A DNA stretch of 59,861 bases, filler included. It is 6 parts of 6 records of this genome, joined end to end, with 100 filler letters (N's around TTAATTAATTAA, not from the genome) between each part and the next. Parts side by side here need not be neighbours in the genome. Positions count along the whole stretch, not along the records: positions 30,372 to 45,343 come from SRR31156797_6762; positions 45,444 to 53,295 come from SRR31156797_6768; 4 more parts are not named here. One strand, 5' to 3'. Both the position numbers and the translations under genes were made by a program. Positions 41,722-50,665 of the stretch are shown one piece after another. Under the pieces are notes generated by a model. That model did not search any database, was not told where the DNA came from, and saw nothing but the letters and a program-made list of their open reading frames with translations. How positions within the stretch are numbered: the first letter of the stretch is position 1; each line of letters opens with the position of its first letter.

Positions 41722-41935
41722 ATTTAGCTCCTACTAGCTCTTCTGCTTTGTGTACAATGAGATCATATATCCCATCTGGAAGCTCGATCTTTTGTGAATT
41801 TTCAATAAGTTCACTGGTGAGTTTTATATCCTCTTTTAATAGTTCAGGCATAAGCTTTATGAGGATTCTATCATATATATTCGCATCACCATGTGCTTTC
41901 GCCCAATCAAATATCATTTTAACATCTTTTTTCAT
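41714..41935 (-). CDS. Small hypothetical protein (73 aa) overlapping the V4R-like gene
   Basis: 8-nt overlap with the downstream start; plausible helical protein. Confidence 0.7.
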   Translation of the reverse strand: MKKDVKMIFDWAKAHGDANIYDRILIKLMPELLKEDIKLTSELIENSQKIELPDGIYDLIVHKAEELVGAKYV

Positions 41936-42006
41936 TATTCACTATCCAATAAATATTTATTACAAATATTTTACTTTTTTTAAGATTATAGAATTATTAA
42001 AACTTA

Positions 42007-43470
42007 TTAAAAACTACTATTAAACGTGGCTAAATAAAAATTGATGTTTCCTTTTTCATCTTTTAGTGTTGTTATTTTGAGATATTCTTGATATAAAGTT
42101 CCATCTTTACGTTTGTTTTCAAGTTTTCCTTCCCATTTTCCTTTTGTATGAATATCTGACCACATCTTTTTGTAGAACTCTTTAGAGGAGTTTCCAGAAC
42201 TTAATAGTTTTGGGTTTTGACCATAGATATCTTCTAAAGAGTAACCAGTAATATCGCTAAATGATTTATTGGTGAGTATTGTATTGTTATTGTGATCTGT
42301 TATGATGATCCCTTCAATGCTTTGATCAAAGATTTGTAAGGCAATATTGACTTTCTCTTCTGCAATATTTTTTAGACTTGACTCTTTCTGTAAGGTATCA
42401 TGATAATCTTTGATTGCATTGTGTAGAATAGAAAACTCATCATTAGATTTTTTTCTTGGAAATTTAAAATCTTTATTATGTTTGAGTGCATTGATATTTT
42501 CAACTAAAGTACCTAAAGGACTTGAAATTCGATTGGCAATTATAACACCAAGAAAAGCACCTAATAATCCCGCTAATAAACTTGCTATTAAGATTTTTTT
42601 TGAATTATTCTCAGCTATAGCAAAAGCTTTATGGTATGGCTTTCTTATAACTACTTTCCAACCAAAACCTTCATATTCATCAAACCCTTGACTTATTGTA
42701 TGTGCAGTAAGATATTTTTCACCCGATTTCCAGTTTATAACTTTATATGAAGTTTGTCCATCTTTAAATGCTTCTGCTGCATTTAAAGAGACATCACTAA
42801 GCTCTTTTCTCTCAGAATCTTCTGGTCCTACAAGGATCAAACCATCTTTAGATAAAAGATAGATATCTGTATCATGTTCTTTCGATATACTTCTGATCAT
42901 ATCACGTGTCCATTGCCACATAAGATGTGTACATAAAACACCTATCACTTCCTCTTTTTCATTTTTTACAGGAAATGCAACATCTGTAAAGTAGATCGCT
43001 TCACCAGAAGTATTTGGAAGTAGTTTTGCAAGTAACAAAGCATCATGAACATCACCAATATAAGGACCTTTTAATCCAGCAGGTAACCAAGGTCTAGCAC
43101 TGGCATTTTTCCCCTCTAAATAACCATTTGTACCAACATAAACAGTTCCATCTGGGAGTGCAAAACCTATCCATTCATGATGGTTGTAATTATCACGTAT
43201 TTTTTGTATTAAAGCTCTTTTTTCCGCTTTAGGAACATCCTCATTTGTCAAAGTGGGTAAAGTTGCTGCAAATTTTATCTCTCTATATCGCTCCAACATC
43301 TCTCTATCTAATATATCTGCAACTCTTTTAGATAGATTTACCAATGCATCTCCAGCACTTTCTTCAAGCTGTTTTGTTGAGACATTATTTGCATATTGTC
43401 CCACACCCATTGCAATAAGAAATGATAATAGACCAAATAGTATTGAGATTTTAATATTTAATTTGTTCAT
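42007..43470 (-). CDS. dCache-HAMP-PAS membrane sensor lacking an output domain
   Basis: TM, Cache (RPWL..GL.GPYIGDVHDA.LLAKLL), TM, HAMP, PAS; stop right after the PAC segment. Confidence 0.8.
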   Translation of the reverse strand: MNKLNIKISILFGLLSFLIAMGVGQYANNVSTKQLEESAGDALVNLSKRVADILDREMLERYREIKFAATLPTLTNEDVPKAEKRALIQKIRDNYNHHEWIGFALPDGTVYVGTNGYLEGKNASARPWLPAGLKGPYIGDVHDALLLAKLLPNTSGEAIYFTDVAFPVKNEKEEVIGVLCTHLMWQWTRDMIRSISKEHDTDIYLLSKDGLILVGPEDSERKELSDVSLNAAEAFKDGQTSYKVINWKSGEKYLTAHTISQGFDEYEGFGWKVVIRKPYHKAFAIAENNSKKILIASLLAGLLGAFLGVIIANRISSPLGTLVENINALKHNKDFKFPRKKSNDEFSILHNAIKDYHDTLQKESSLKNIAEEKVNIALQIFDQSIEGIIITDHNNNTILTNKSFSDITGYSLEDIYGQNPKLLSSGNSSKEFYKKMWSDIHTKGKWEGKLENKRKDGTLYQEYLKITTLKDEKGNINFYLATFNSSF

Positions 43471-43494
43471 AATAGGGTTCCTTTTTTATTAAGT

Positions 43495-45264
43495 TTAGAG
43501 TTTTTGTGAATTAAGTGTTATTGTGAATAAAGCACCTGTATAACTTTTAAATTCATAAGAAAAGTTTTTATTGCTTGCGTTAATAGTTCCAGAAAGATTT
43601 TTAACGATAATTTCATGTGACATATATAATCCTAATCCAGTTCCTACACTTTGGTGTTTTGTTGTAAAATATGGTTCAAAGATCCTATCTAGAACATCTT
43701 CAGGAATACCACCTCCACTATCTTGGAAAGTGAGCGTAACTATATTGTTCTTTTGCCATGCTTTGATGATAATAAGTCCATCTTTTTTTATAATATCTTT
43801 TGCATTTTTAATTAAATTGATAATAACTTGTTTGAGTTCATTCTCTAAAGAGACTATCTCTATATCTTCAATGTTTTGAATTACTTTAATATTTTCAGTT
43901 TCTAATGTTGATCCAAAAACAAGTAAAGATTTTTGAATAAGATCTTTGATCAAAAAAGGTTTCTTTTCTTTATTATCACTAAAAAAGTTTCGAAAATCTT
44001 CAATTGTTTGAGAAAGGTACTGGGCATTGTCATTGATACGATCCATATTTTCAAAAAACATCTTATCTTCTAGCATTCCAAACTCTTTTTGTAGTTTCAT
44101 TCCAGTTGCAGCAGTAGATATTACACTTAAAGGTTGCCTCCACTGATGGGCAATATTTGCAATCATCTCTCCCATGGCTGCCATTTTTGATTGTTGGGTT
44201 AAGATAAGATCTTTTTGTTTGTTTTTTTCATCTTTTTTAAATTTTAGATTGAGTAGAAAGAAAAATATTAAAGTAGTTAAAGCTAAGATAAAATTCATTG
44301 TGTAATAACTATTATTGATGTGTTCTATAATATCAGAGTTTTTATACAAAACAAGATAGCCACAATTAGGGATACCTTCAATATTTTTTATTGGAAGATA
44401 GCTAATAGTAAAGTGGTTTGAGTTGTGTTTTTTGACCAACATAAACTCTTCTGCATGAGACATCTTAGTTTTTATTAAGTTTTTTTCTTTTTGTGTAAAA
44501 AATGTAGGAGATACAAAATGTATGTTTTCTCCTGGTGATTCATTTGTGATAAAATATTGATCATTTTCAAAACTTGTTTTTTGTTTTTTTAGGATTTCAG
44601 GAAATACTTTTGCTTCTAAAATAGTTTTTTTTAATAAGAAATGGGCATCAACATTATAGGTATCTTCATAATATCTTTCAAAGAATTTTGTAGAGACAGA
44701 AGTTTCAACACTTCCTATATGTTGCAGGTTTGAATCATGTAATGGAAAAACATATCGAAATCCATGTAGTATTTTCCCCATCTCAAAACCATCAATTGGC
44801 TTTAGAGTTTTATTTACTTGTGTGACACTATATCGAACAGATGATAGATCATCTCCGAACTTATCTGGTCTATGCATTCTTAAAAAACTTGTATTATCAG
44901 GAAAATGAAAATGGAGTTGTTTGAAGTTAAAATTCACTAGTCTACTATAATCAGGTAAAAAACTATGATAAAGCTGATCTCGGTATTTTTTTTGTATCTG
45001 TTCATTTTGATGATAAGCAAATTTAACACTGTTGTATATTTTAGGAGTGTTGATAATCCCATAAAATGTGTTTTCAGCTAATCGCTGAAAGTTATTATAC
45101 ATACTCTTGTATTGCGCTTTGTATTGTTTTTGTAAAGCAAGAGTATGTTCTTGGGTCTTTACTATTTTATTATGGTAGAAAAAATAAAGCATCAAACAAG
45201 CAAATAGTGTATAAAGTATAATAGCTAATTTATTTTGTTTGATCATTACAAAAATTTTAGACAT
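43495..45264 (-). CDS. Cache-domain sensor histidine kinase
   Basis: LHFHFPDNTSFLRMHRPDKFGDDL Cache region; AHQWRQPL H-box; DSGGGI and GTGLGLY. Confidence 0.92.
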   Translation of the reverse strand: MSKIFVMIKQNKLAIILYTLFACLMLYFFYHNKIVKTQEHTLALQKQYKAQYKSMYNNFQRLAENTFYGIINTPKIYNSVKFAYHQNEQIQKKYRDQLYHSFLPDYSRLVNFNFKQLHFHFPDNTSFLRMHRPDKFGDDLSSVRYSVTQVNKTLKPIDGFEMGKILHGFRYVFPLHDSNLQHIGSVETSVSTKFFERYYEDTYNVDAHFLLKKTILEAKVFPEILKKQKTSFENDQYFITNESPGENIHFVSPTFFTQKEKNLIKTKMSHAEEFMLVKKHNSNHFTISYLPIKNIEGIPNCGYLVLYKNSDIIEHINNSYYTMNFILALTTLIFFFLLNLKFKKDEKNKQKDLILTQQSKMAAMGEMIANIAHQWRQPLSVISTAATGMKLQKEFGMLEDKMFFENMDRINDNAQYLSQTIEDFRNFFSDNKEKKPFLIKDLIQKSLLVFGSTLETENIKVIQNIEDIEIVSLENELKQVIINLIKNAKDIIKKDGLIIIKAWQKNNIVTLTFQDSGGGIPEDVLDRIFEPYFTTKHQSVGTGLGLYMSHEIIVKNLSGTINASNKNFSYEFKSYTGALFTITLNSQKL

Positions 45265-45343
45265 TAATTATTATATCTAATATAGCTTTTATAAACGTAA
45301 TTACTTTATCGATACTAGCTCAATCCACTAAAAACTAAATTTT

Positions 45344-45443
45344 NNNNNNNNNNNNNNNNNNNNNNNNNNNNNNNNNNNNNNNNNNNNTTAATTAATTAAN
45401 NNNNNNNNNNNNNNNNNNNNNNNNNNNNNNNNNNNNNNNNNNN
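45344..45443. other. Artificial contig spacer
   Basis: N-run + TTAATTAATTAA + N-run. Confidence 0.99.
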
Positions 45444-45600
45444 TCATTCAGGCCAGGTCCGCGGATCTATCCAGCAAAGCCCACAGCCGTTTCGGAACCG
45501 CATCAATTGCAGCCGTCTTCCTTGTTGGCCTTGCGCGCCGCGTATTCGTTCAGACAACGCATAAACCAGTTTATGCTGATCAGAAGGAAAAGGCGCCAAC
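45444..45600 (-). pseudogene. Relic of a REP-associated tyrosine transposase (RAYT, IS200/Y1 family)
   Basis: Minus strand reads SINWFMRCLNEYAARKANKEDGCN*, then in a shifted frame ALLDRSADLA*M; resembles the RAYT segment SWFMRCLNEYIARxANKEDxCTGRFWEGRF..QALLDxxALLACM as I recall it. Confidence 0.75.
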
Positions 45601-45737
45601 AATTAATATGGATATCTGTTTTTTGAAATAGCAGGTTGTAAGAAGCCGGTCGGGCCTTCTCATTTTATTTCGGATCAACAGTTGAAAAACAGGTCTATAT
45701 TATTGATAATAACGTCTACATCCTTTTCGGGAAAATT

Positions 45738-47468
45738 ATGAATCGATATGCAAGAAAAATCATAGCGCTTGTATTACTTCCGTTCGGAGCGACCGGATTG
45801 ATTTTTTGTCTGGCCATGTTATTGGATCAAGATATTTACGCCAATAAATGGGCGCGCCATTATTCGGTTATTGGAGCGATTCAATGCGTAATCATTATCC
45901 TGGCCGGTTTTTATTCAGCTTACCCCGGCAAGATTTCCAATACTTTTAATCAGTTTTCACAACGGCTTTTCACGGAAGACAAAAGACAAAAAATCGCACA
46001 TTATCTTATTCCTGCCTGCATCGCGGGAATCATAATATTCGGCATCCTGCTAAGGCTGAACTACTATTCTGAAAACAGATCCTTTTGGCATGATCCGGCC
46101 TGCCTGGCCGTTGCCGTGGCCGATGTATCTTTTGGCGACATTCTGAAACCGCTCGCCAACGGTCAATCCGCTCCCCTGGGTTTTCTTATTCTGTCAAAAA
46201 TCATTGGCATGCATTTCGATTATCAGGAATTTGCACTAACTTTTTTACCCCTTGTTTTCGGCATTTTTTCTCTTCCGGCGCTGTATCTTCTCGGAAATGA
46301 ATTATTTCAAAATAAATACACCCTGTTGTTTGTTGCTTTTGTTGCATTTTCCCTGGACGCCGTTTATTACTCCACGGAGTTCAAGCAATACTCGAGCGAC
46401 ATCTTTTTTTCAACCATGATCCTGTATTTTACGATAAGGGCTTATAATAATAATCTTGGCAAAAAGGATTATACGTGTTTGGCCGTCGCCGGCCTCGTAT
46501 CAATCTGGTTTTCCCATGCAGCGATTATAGTATCGGCCGGATGCGGCCTGGGACTGGCCGCGGTTTTTATTTTTATAAAAAGAGTGGATAGAAAAGCATT
46601 ATTAAAAATAATCTCATTGGGCGCCATATGGCTGTTCAATCTTATGGCAAACTACTTCCTTTATACCCGCGATTCCATACCCCAACGTAAATATGAGTAT
46701 TTTGCGGACGGGTTCGCCCCGTTTCCAATCGTCAGCCTGGCTGATATTAAATGGTACATTGACGCATTCCTGGGACTTTTCAGCCACCCCTTGAGTTTCG
46801 GCTATGTTCCATATTTCTTTCCATTAATTTTTCTTCTGACGGGATTGATTTATACTTTTAAGAAAAACAAGGATTACGGGCTGATTATTCTTTTTCCCAT
46901 ATTAATTCTTTTAGCGCTTTCCATGATAGGCAAGTATCCATTTGTCTCAGGCGTCAGGCTGTGGCACGCGCGGCTTATTTTATTCACTGTTCCTATTTTT
47001 TATTTTTTGATCGTGCAAGGAATACGGGCGTTAGCTGAAAAATCCGGCTCTAACTTTCTTTATCTTATCATCGTTATATTTATCTTGAATCACCAAATAT
47101 TACATTTGTCGCTGGCCGCCTATCACCGTGAGGAAACACGGCCGCTGGTCGAGCATTACCTGACCGGCAGAAAGAGCGACGACCGGATTTATGTCTATTC
47201 TGAATCCGTATGCGCCTTTAAATATTACACCCGGCACACTGACGAACCATTTATACGGTTTGAATTTCCCGACAACGTCCCTGATGAGGAAATCAACACC
47301 GTCCCCAAACCGCCCGAAGACGGGGGAGCATGGTTTTTACTATCTCACATAACCAAAAACAAAAAACACAATATTAATAATTATCTTAACAAAACAGGTC
47401 TTATGAAGTTTGTACACAGGACCGACGGAGCATCCCTTTATTATTATGAGTTTTCCAATAAGGACTGA
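45738..47468 (+). CDS. GT-C-fold polytopic membrane glycosyltransferase (ArnT/PMT-like)
   Basis: More than 10 TM helices; RSFWHDPA loop, QSAPLGF and YYSTEFKQYSSD motifs; soluble C-terminal tail. Confidence 0.75.
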   Translation: MNRYARKIIALVLLPFGATGLIFCLAMLLDQDIYANKWARHYSVIGAIQCVIIILAGFYSAYPGKISNTFNQFSQRLFTEDKRQKIAHYLIPACIAGIIIFGILLRLNYYSENRSFWHDPACLAVAVADVSFGDILKPLANGQSAPLGFLILSKIIGMHFDYQEFALTFLPLVFGIFSLPALYLLGNELFQNKYTLLFVAFVAFSLDAVYYSTEFKQYSSDIFFSTMILYFTIRAYNNNLGKKDYTCLAVAGLVSIWFSHAAIIVSAGCGLGLAAVFIFIKRVDRKALLKIISLGAIWLFNLMANYFLYTRDSIPQRKYEYFADGFAPFPIVSLADIKWYIDAFLGLFSHPLSFGYVPYFFPLIFLLTGLIYTFKKNKDYGLIILFPILILLALSMIGKYPFVSGVRLWHARLILFTVPIFYFLIVQGIRALAEKSGSNFLYLIIVIFILNHQILHLSLAAYHREETRPLVEHYLTGRKSDDRIYVYSESVCAFKYYTRHTDEPFIRFEFPDNVPDEEINTVPKPPEDGGAWFLLSHITKNKKHNINNYLNKTGLMKFVHRTDGASLYYYEFSNKD

Positions 47469-47596
47469 AATCGGGGTGCGCCGGCCGCTTTGCAGACCAT
47501 TTTTACCCCGTCGATCCGATAGAGTGATAATAGATTCTATTACTCGGGACTTAAAAAAAGAAACGGCGACAGGCCCCAAATTACCCGAGGGCGTCA

Positions 47597-47625
47597 TTGA
47601 CAACCCCTCATCCCGCCATTATACT
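47597..47625 (+). promoter_or_regulatory. Sigma-70 promoter upstream of the UAS-GT2-SDR genes
   Basis: TTGACA-N17-TATACT. Confidence 0.7.
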
Positions 47626-47817
47626 GTTTTCAAGCAAAAAATATTCCGAATCAAGTTCGATATAGTATTGATATGAAAGGTATTAAAAAGTCAGAACCTG
47701 ATAATTCATCTTTATCTTCCCATATTTGGAATGTCACGCCGCAAGAAGTCCATTCAGGCATTCAAGCCTGCAAACAACTTAAAACATTATCAATTTGTTC
47801 CGGAGAGGAGCGAGCAA

Positions 47818-48942
47818 TTGAAAATTTTATGTTTCGGCGCCGGCGGATTCATCGGTTCACACATGGCGGAACGATTACTGGCTGAGGGGTATTCTGTTAC
47901 AGGCATTGATACTCATACCGACAAAATCAAGGAATTCATAAATCATCCAAACTTCACTTTTGTCCATCAGGACATTCGTAACCCGGGTTTTGACGCGGAT
48001 AAACTAACCCGGGATGCAGACCTGGTCGTTGACCTCATTGCGTATGCCAACCCTGGAATATATGTCAGGATACCTCGGGAGGTATTTCGGCTTAATTTCA
48101 CTGAGAATTTGAAAATCGCCGAAGCATGCGTGCAATATGGGAAACGTTTAATTCAATTTTCAACCTGCGAAGTATACGGCAAGACATATAGCGGCGTGGC
48201 GCCCGACAAGCTGAAGGACCCTGAAGATCCAGAGTTGGCCACATTTTCAGAGGATGCCAGTCCTTATATTCTCGGACCGGTAAACAAGCATCGCTGGATA
48301 TACGCCTGCGCCAAACAGCTTCTTGAAAGGGTTCTGCATTCTTACGGGCTCGAAGGGACATTAAATTACACCATCATCCGTCCGTTTAATTTTATCGGTC
48401 CGCGGATCGACTACCTTCCCGGCGACACGGACGGCATCCCCAGGGTTTTTTCATATTTTATGGAAGCCCTGATCAAGGGTACGGAGATGCAATTGGTCGA
48501 CGACGGCAAGCACAGGCGTTGTTACACCTATATTGATGACGCCGTTGACTGCATACACCGGATAGTTGAAAATCCGAACGGCGCCTGCGACCGCCAGATT
48601 TTCAATATCGGATCGCCGGAAAATGAAACCAGCATCCGCCAAATGGCAGAGCTTATGAGGGAAATCTTTGCGGAAAAATACCAAAGCCCTGATGTCCCGC
48701 TTCCCGAGATCGTATCGGTGACCAATAAAGAATTTTACGGCGAAGGTTATGACGATTCGGACCGGCGCATACCTGATATTACCAAGGCGCGAACTCTTCT
48801 GGGCTGGAAGCCTAAACTTGGTTTCAGACAATTATTGGAACTGACAATGGACTACTACATGACCATGTACGATGAAGATGTCAGAGAATGGCGTGAATCT
48901 GAACGGGCGACATCCGACATTAAAGTGATGGACAAAACATAG
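47818..48942 (+). CDS. UDP-D-apiose/UDP-D-xylose synthase-like NAD-dependent decarboxylase
   Basis: GAGGFIGSH, FSTCEVYGKT, RWIYACAKQL, IRPFNFIGPRID and KEFYGEGYDDSDRRIPD closely follow plant AXS/UAS motifs; likely TTG start at 47818 after GGAGAGGAG. Confidence 0.8.
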   Translation: MKILCFGAGGFIGSHMAERLLAEGYSVTGIDTHTDKIKEFINHPNFTFVHQDIRNPGFDADKLTRDADLVVDLIAYANPGIYVRIPREVFRLNFTENLKIAEACVQYGKRLIQFSTCEVYGKTYSGVAPDKLKDPEDPELATFSEDASPYILGPVNKHRWIYACAKQLLERVLHSYGLEGTLNYTIIRPFNFIGPRIDYLPGDTDGIPRVFSYFMEALIKGTEMQLVDDGKHRRCYTYIDDAVDCIHRIVENPNGACDRQIFNIGSPENETSIRQMAELMREIFAEKYQSPDVPLPEIVSVTNKEFYGEGYDDSDRRIPDITKARTLLGWKPKLGFRQLLELTMDYYMTMYDEDVREWRESERATSDIKVMDKT

Positions 48943-48965
48943 CATCCTGGATTGAGAATCAGGCC

Positions 48966-49730
48966 TTGCTGGACAACATTTTCGTAGTAATGCCGGCCTA
49001 CAACGCCGGACTGACGATTGAAAGGGTTTTCGCGCGAATCCCGGTGGAAGCGCGGAAGCGCATAAAACAATATGTCGTGGTGAACGACGGAAGTACTGAC
49101 GACACCCTCGAGGCCCTTTCAAGAATTGCCAATGATTTTACCAACCTGGTGGTTTTGGAGCATCCGGAAAACAGGGGGTACGGGGCGGCGGAAAAGACTC
49201 TACTGACATACGCCTTGAATAAAGGCGCCGACATAGCGATCCTGCTGCATTCGGACGGCCAGTATTCCCCGGAAAAAATCCCGGAGCTTCTTGAACCCTT
49301 TGATAAGGACGAAGCCGACCTGGTCCAGGGATCGAGGATGCTCGGCGGAGGCGCCCTTAAAGGCGGAATGCCTTTATACAAGTATTTGGCCAACAAGACG
49401 CTGACCGCCATTGAAAACTTTGGCTTTGGCATGAGAATGGCCGAATATCACAGCGGTTATATGCTCTATAACAGAAAGTGCCTGGCCGCGATTCCATTTG
49501 AAAAGCTGAGCAATTCTTTCGATTTCGATCTCGAAATGATTGTCATGTCCAAAATCCACGGGCTTCGGATCATGGAAAAAGCCATCCCCACTATCTACGC
49601 TGATGAAGTTTCCCATCTAAATCCGATTAAATACGGTCTGGCCGTACTCGATGTCGTCCGAAAATACAGAAGGGGCTACTATCATGCCCTGACAGTTGCG
49701 GAAGAACGACAAAATGGAGAAAGACAATGA
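48966..49730 (+). CDS. GT2 glycosyltransferase, DPM1/polyprenol-phosphate glycosyltransferase-like
   Basis: VVMPAYN, VVNDGSTDDT, NRGYGAA, LHSDGQY, VQGSR, SGY and FDLEM motifs. Confidence 0.88.
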   Translation: MLDNIFVVMPAYNAGLTIERVFARIPVEARKRIKQYVVVNDGSTDDTLEALSRIANDFTNLVVLEHPENRGYGAAEKTLLTYALNKGADIAILLHSDGQYSPEKIPELLEPFDKDEADLVQGSRMLGGGALKGGMPLYKYLANKTLTAIENFGFGMRMAEYHSGYMLYNRKCLAAIPFEKLSNSFDFDLEMIVMSKIHGLRIMEKAIPTIYADEVSHLNPIKYGLAVLDVVRKYRRGYYHALTVAEERQNGERQ

Positions 49731-50626
49731 TATTGGTCTCAGGGGGCGCCGGAGTAATGGGCTCGCGACTGGTAAAAGCCCTGGTTGCGAATGAGAAAAA
49801 AGTCAGGGTATTAACCTTGCCGGGCGATCCCTTTGTATCTCGTCTCGACGGCTATGACTGCGAAATCGTTTATGGCAACGTGGCCGAGGCCGAAACTTTG
49901 AATGATGTTTATAGCGGCGTGAAAACAGTGTATCACCTGGCCGCCGTTATCATTGCCCATGAAAAAAGCATTTTTGAAAAAATCAATGTCGGCGGGACCA
50001 GAAACATGGTCGAAGGGGCGAAAGCCGCCGGCGTCGATCATTTTATTTATGTATCTTCAGCCGCGGCCGCCTTTCCCAATGCTTCGGATTACGCCAAGTC
50101 CAAGATGAAGGGCGAGGAAATTATCACTTCCCAGCAAGGGATGAAATACACCATTGTCCGCCCTACCCTTATGTACGAAAACGGCGGCGGGCAGGAATTC
50201 ATGATGTTTATGGACTATTTGAAAAAATATCCTGTCGCGCCTTTTATCGGCCGGGGCCGGGCCTTGAAAAATCCTGTATTGGTAGAAGATGCGGTTAAGG
50301 GACTGGCGGCTATTGCCGATAATCCAAAGACTTACGGCAAGACATATAATTTCAGTGGAGGCGAGGAAATCAGCATCTGGGACCTGGCCCGCCTTATGCT
50401 CAAGCACCAGGGCATATCAAAGCCGTTTCTCCCCATACCTTTGCCGGTCTGCCGGTTTATCGCCTCGCTTATGGAAAGGTTGATGAGCAATCCGCCCTTG
50501 ACCGGATACGCCATCAGTCGGATAGAACAGGACGCCAGCCCGGATAATACCAGTGCAAGGGAAGACCTCGGGTACGACCCGATCGGAGTCACCGAGGGCA
50601 TGAATATTTGCTATCCCCTCGACTGA
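49727..50626 (+). CDS. NAD(P)-dependent epimerase/atypical SDR
   Basis: SGGAGVMG, YHLAA, NVGGT, YAKSK and IVRPT; ATGA overlap with the GT2 stop. Confidence 0.85.
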   Translation: MILVSGGAGVMGSRLVKALVANEKKVRVLTLPGDPFVSRLDGYDCEIVYGNVAEAETLNDVYSGVKTVYHLAAVIIAHEKSIFEKINVGGTRNMVEGAKAAGVDHFIYVSSAAAAFPNASDYAKSKMKGEEIITSQQGMKYTIVRPTLMYENGGGQEFMMFMDYLKKYPVAPFIGRGRALKNPVLVEDAVKGLAAIADNPKTYGKTYNFSGGEEISIWDLARLMLKHQGISKPFLPIPLPVCRFIASLMERLMSNPPLTGYAISRIEQDASPDNTSAREDLGYDPIGVTEGMNICYPLD

Positions 50627-50665
50627 TAAGCCTTTTCATGCATCCCCGAAAAAGGAGTTGAAAAA

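Noticed and set aside
47731-47817. N-terminal extension of the UAS-like ORF
   Set aside because: The Rossmann motif begins right after TTG 47818, which has a strong RBS
47818-48942. Calling the gene arnA (polymyxin resistance)
   Set aside because: No formyltransferase domain and no arnB/arnD nearby; motifs (STCEVY, YACAK, GYDDSD) fit AXS/UAS better
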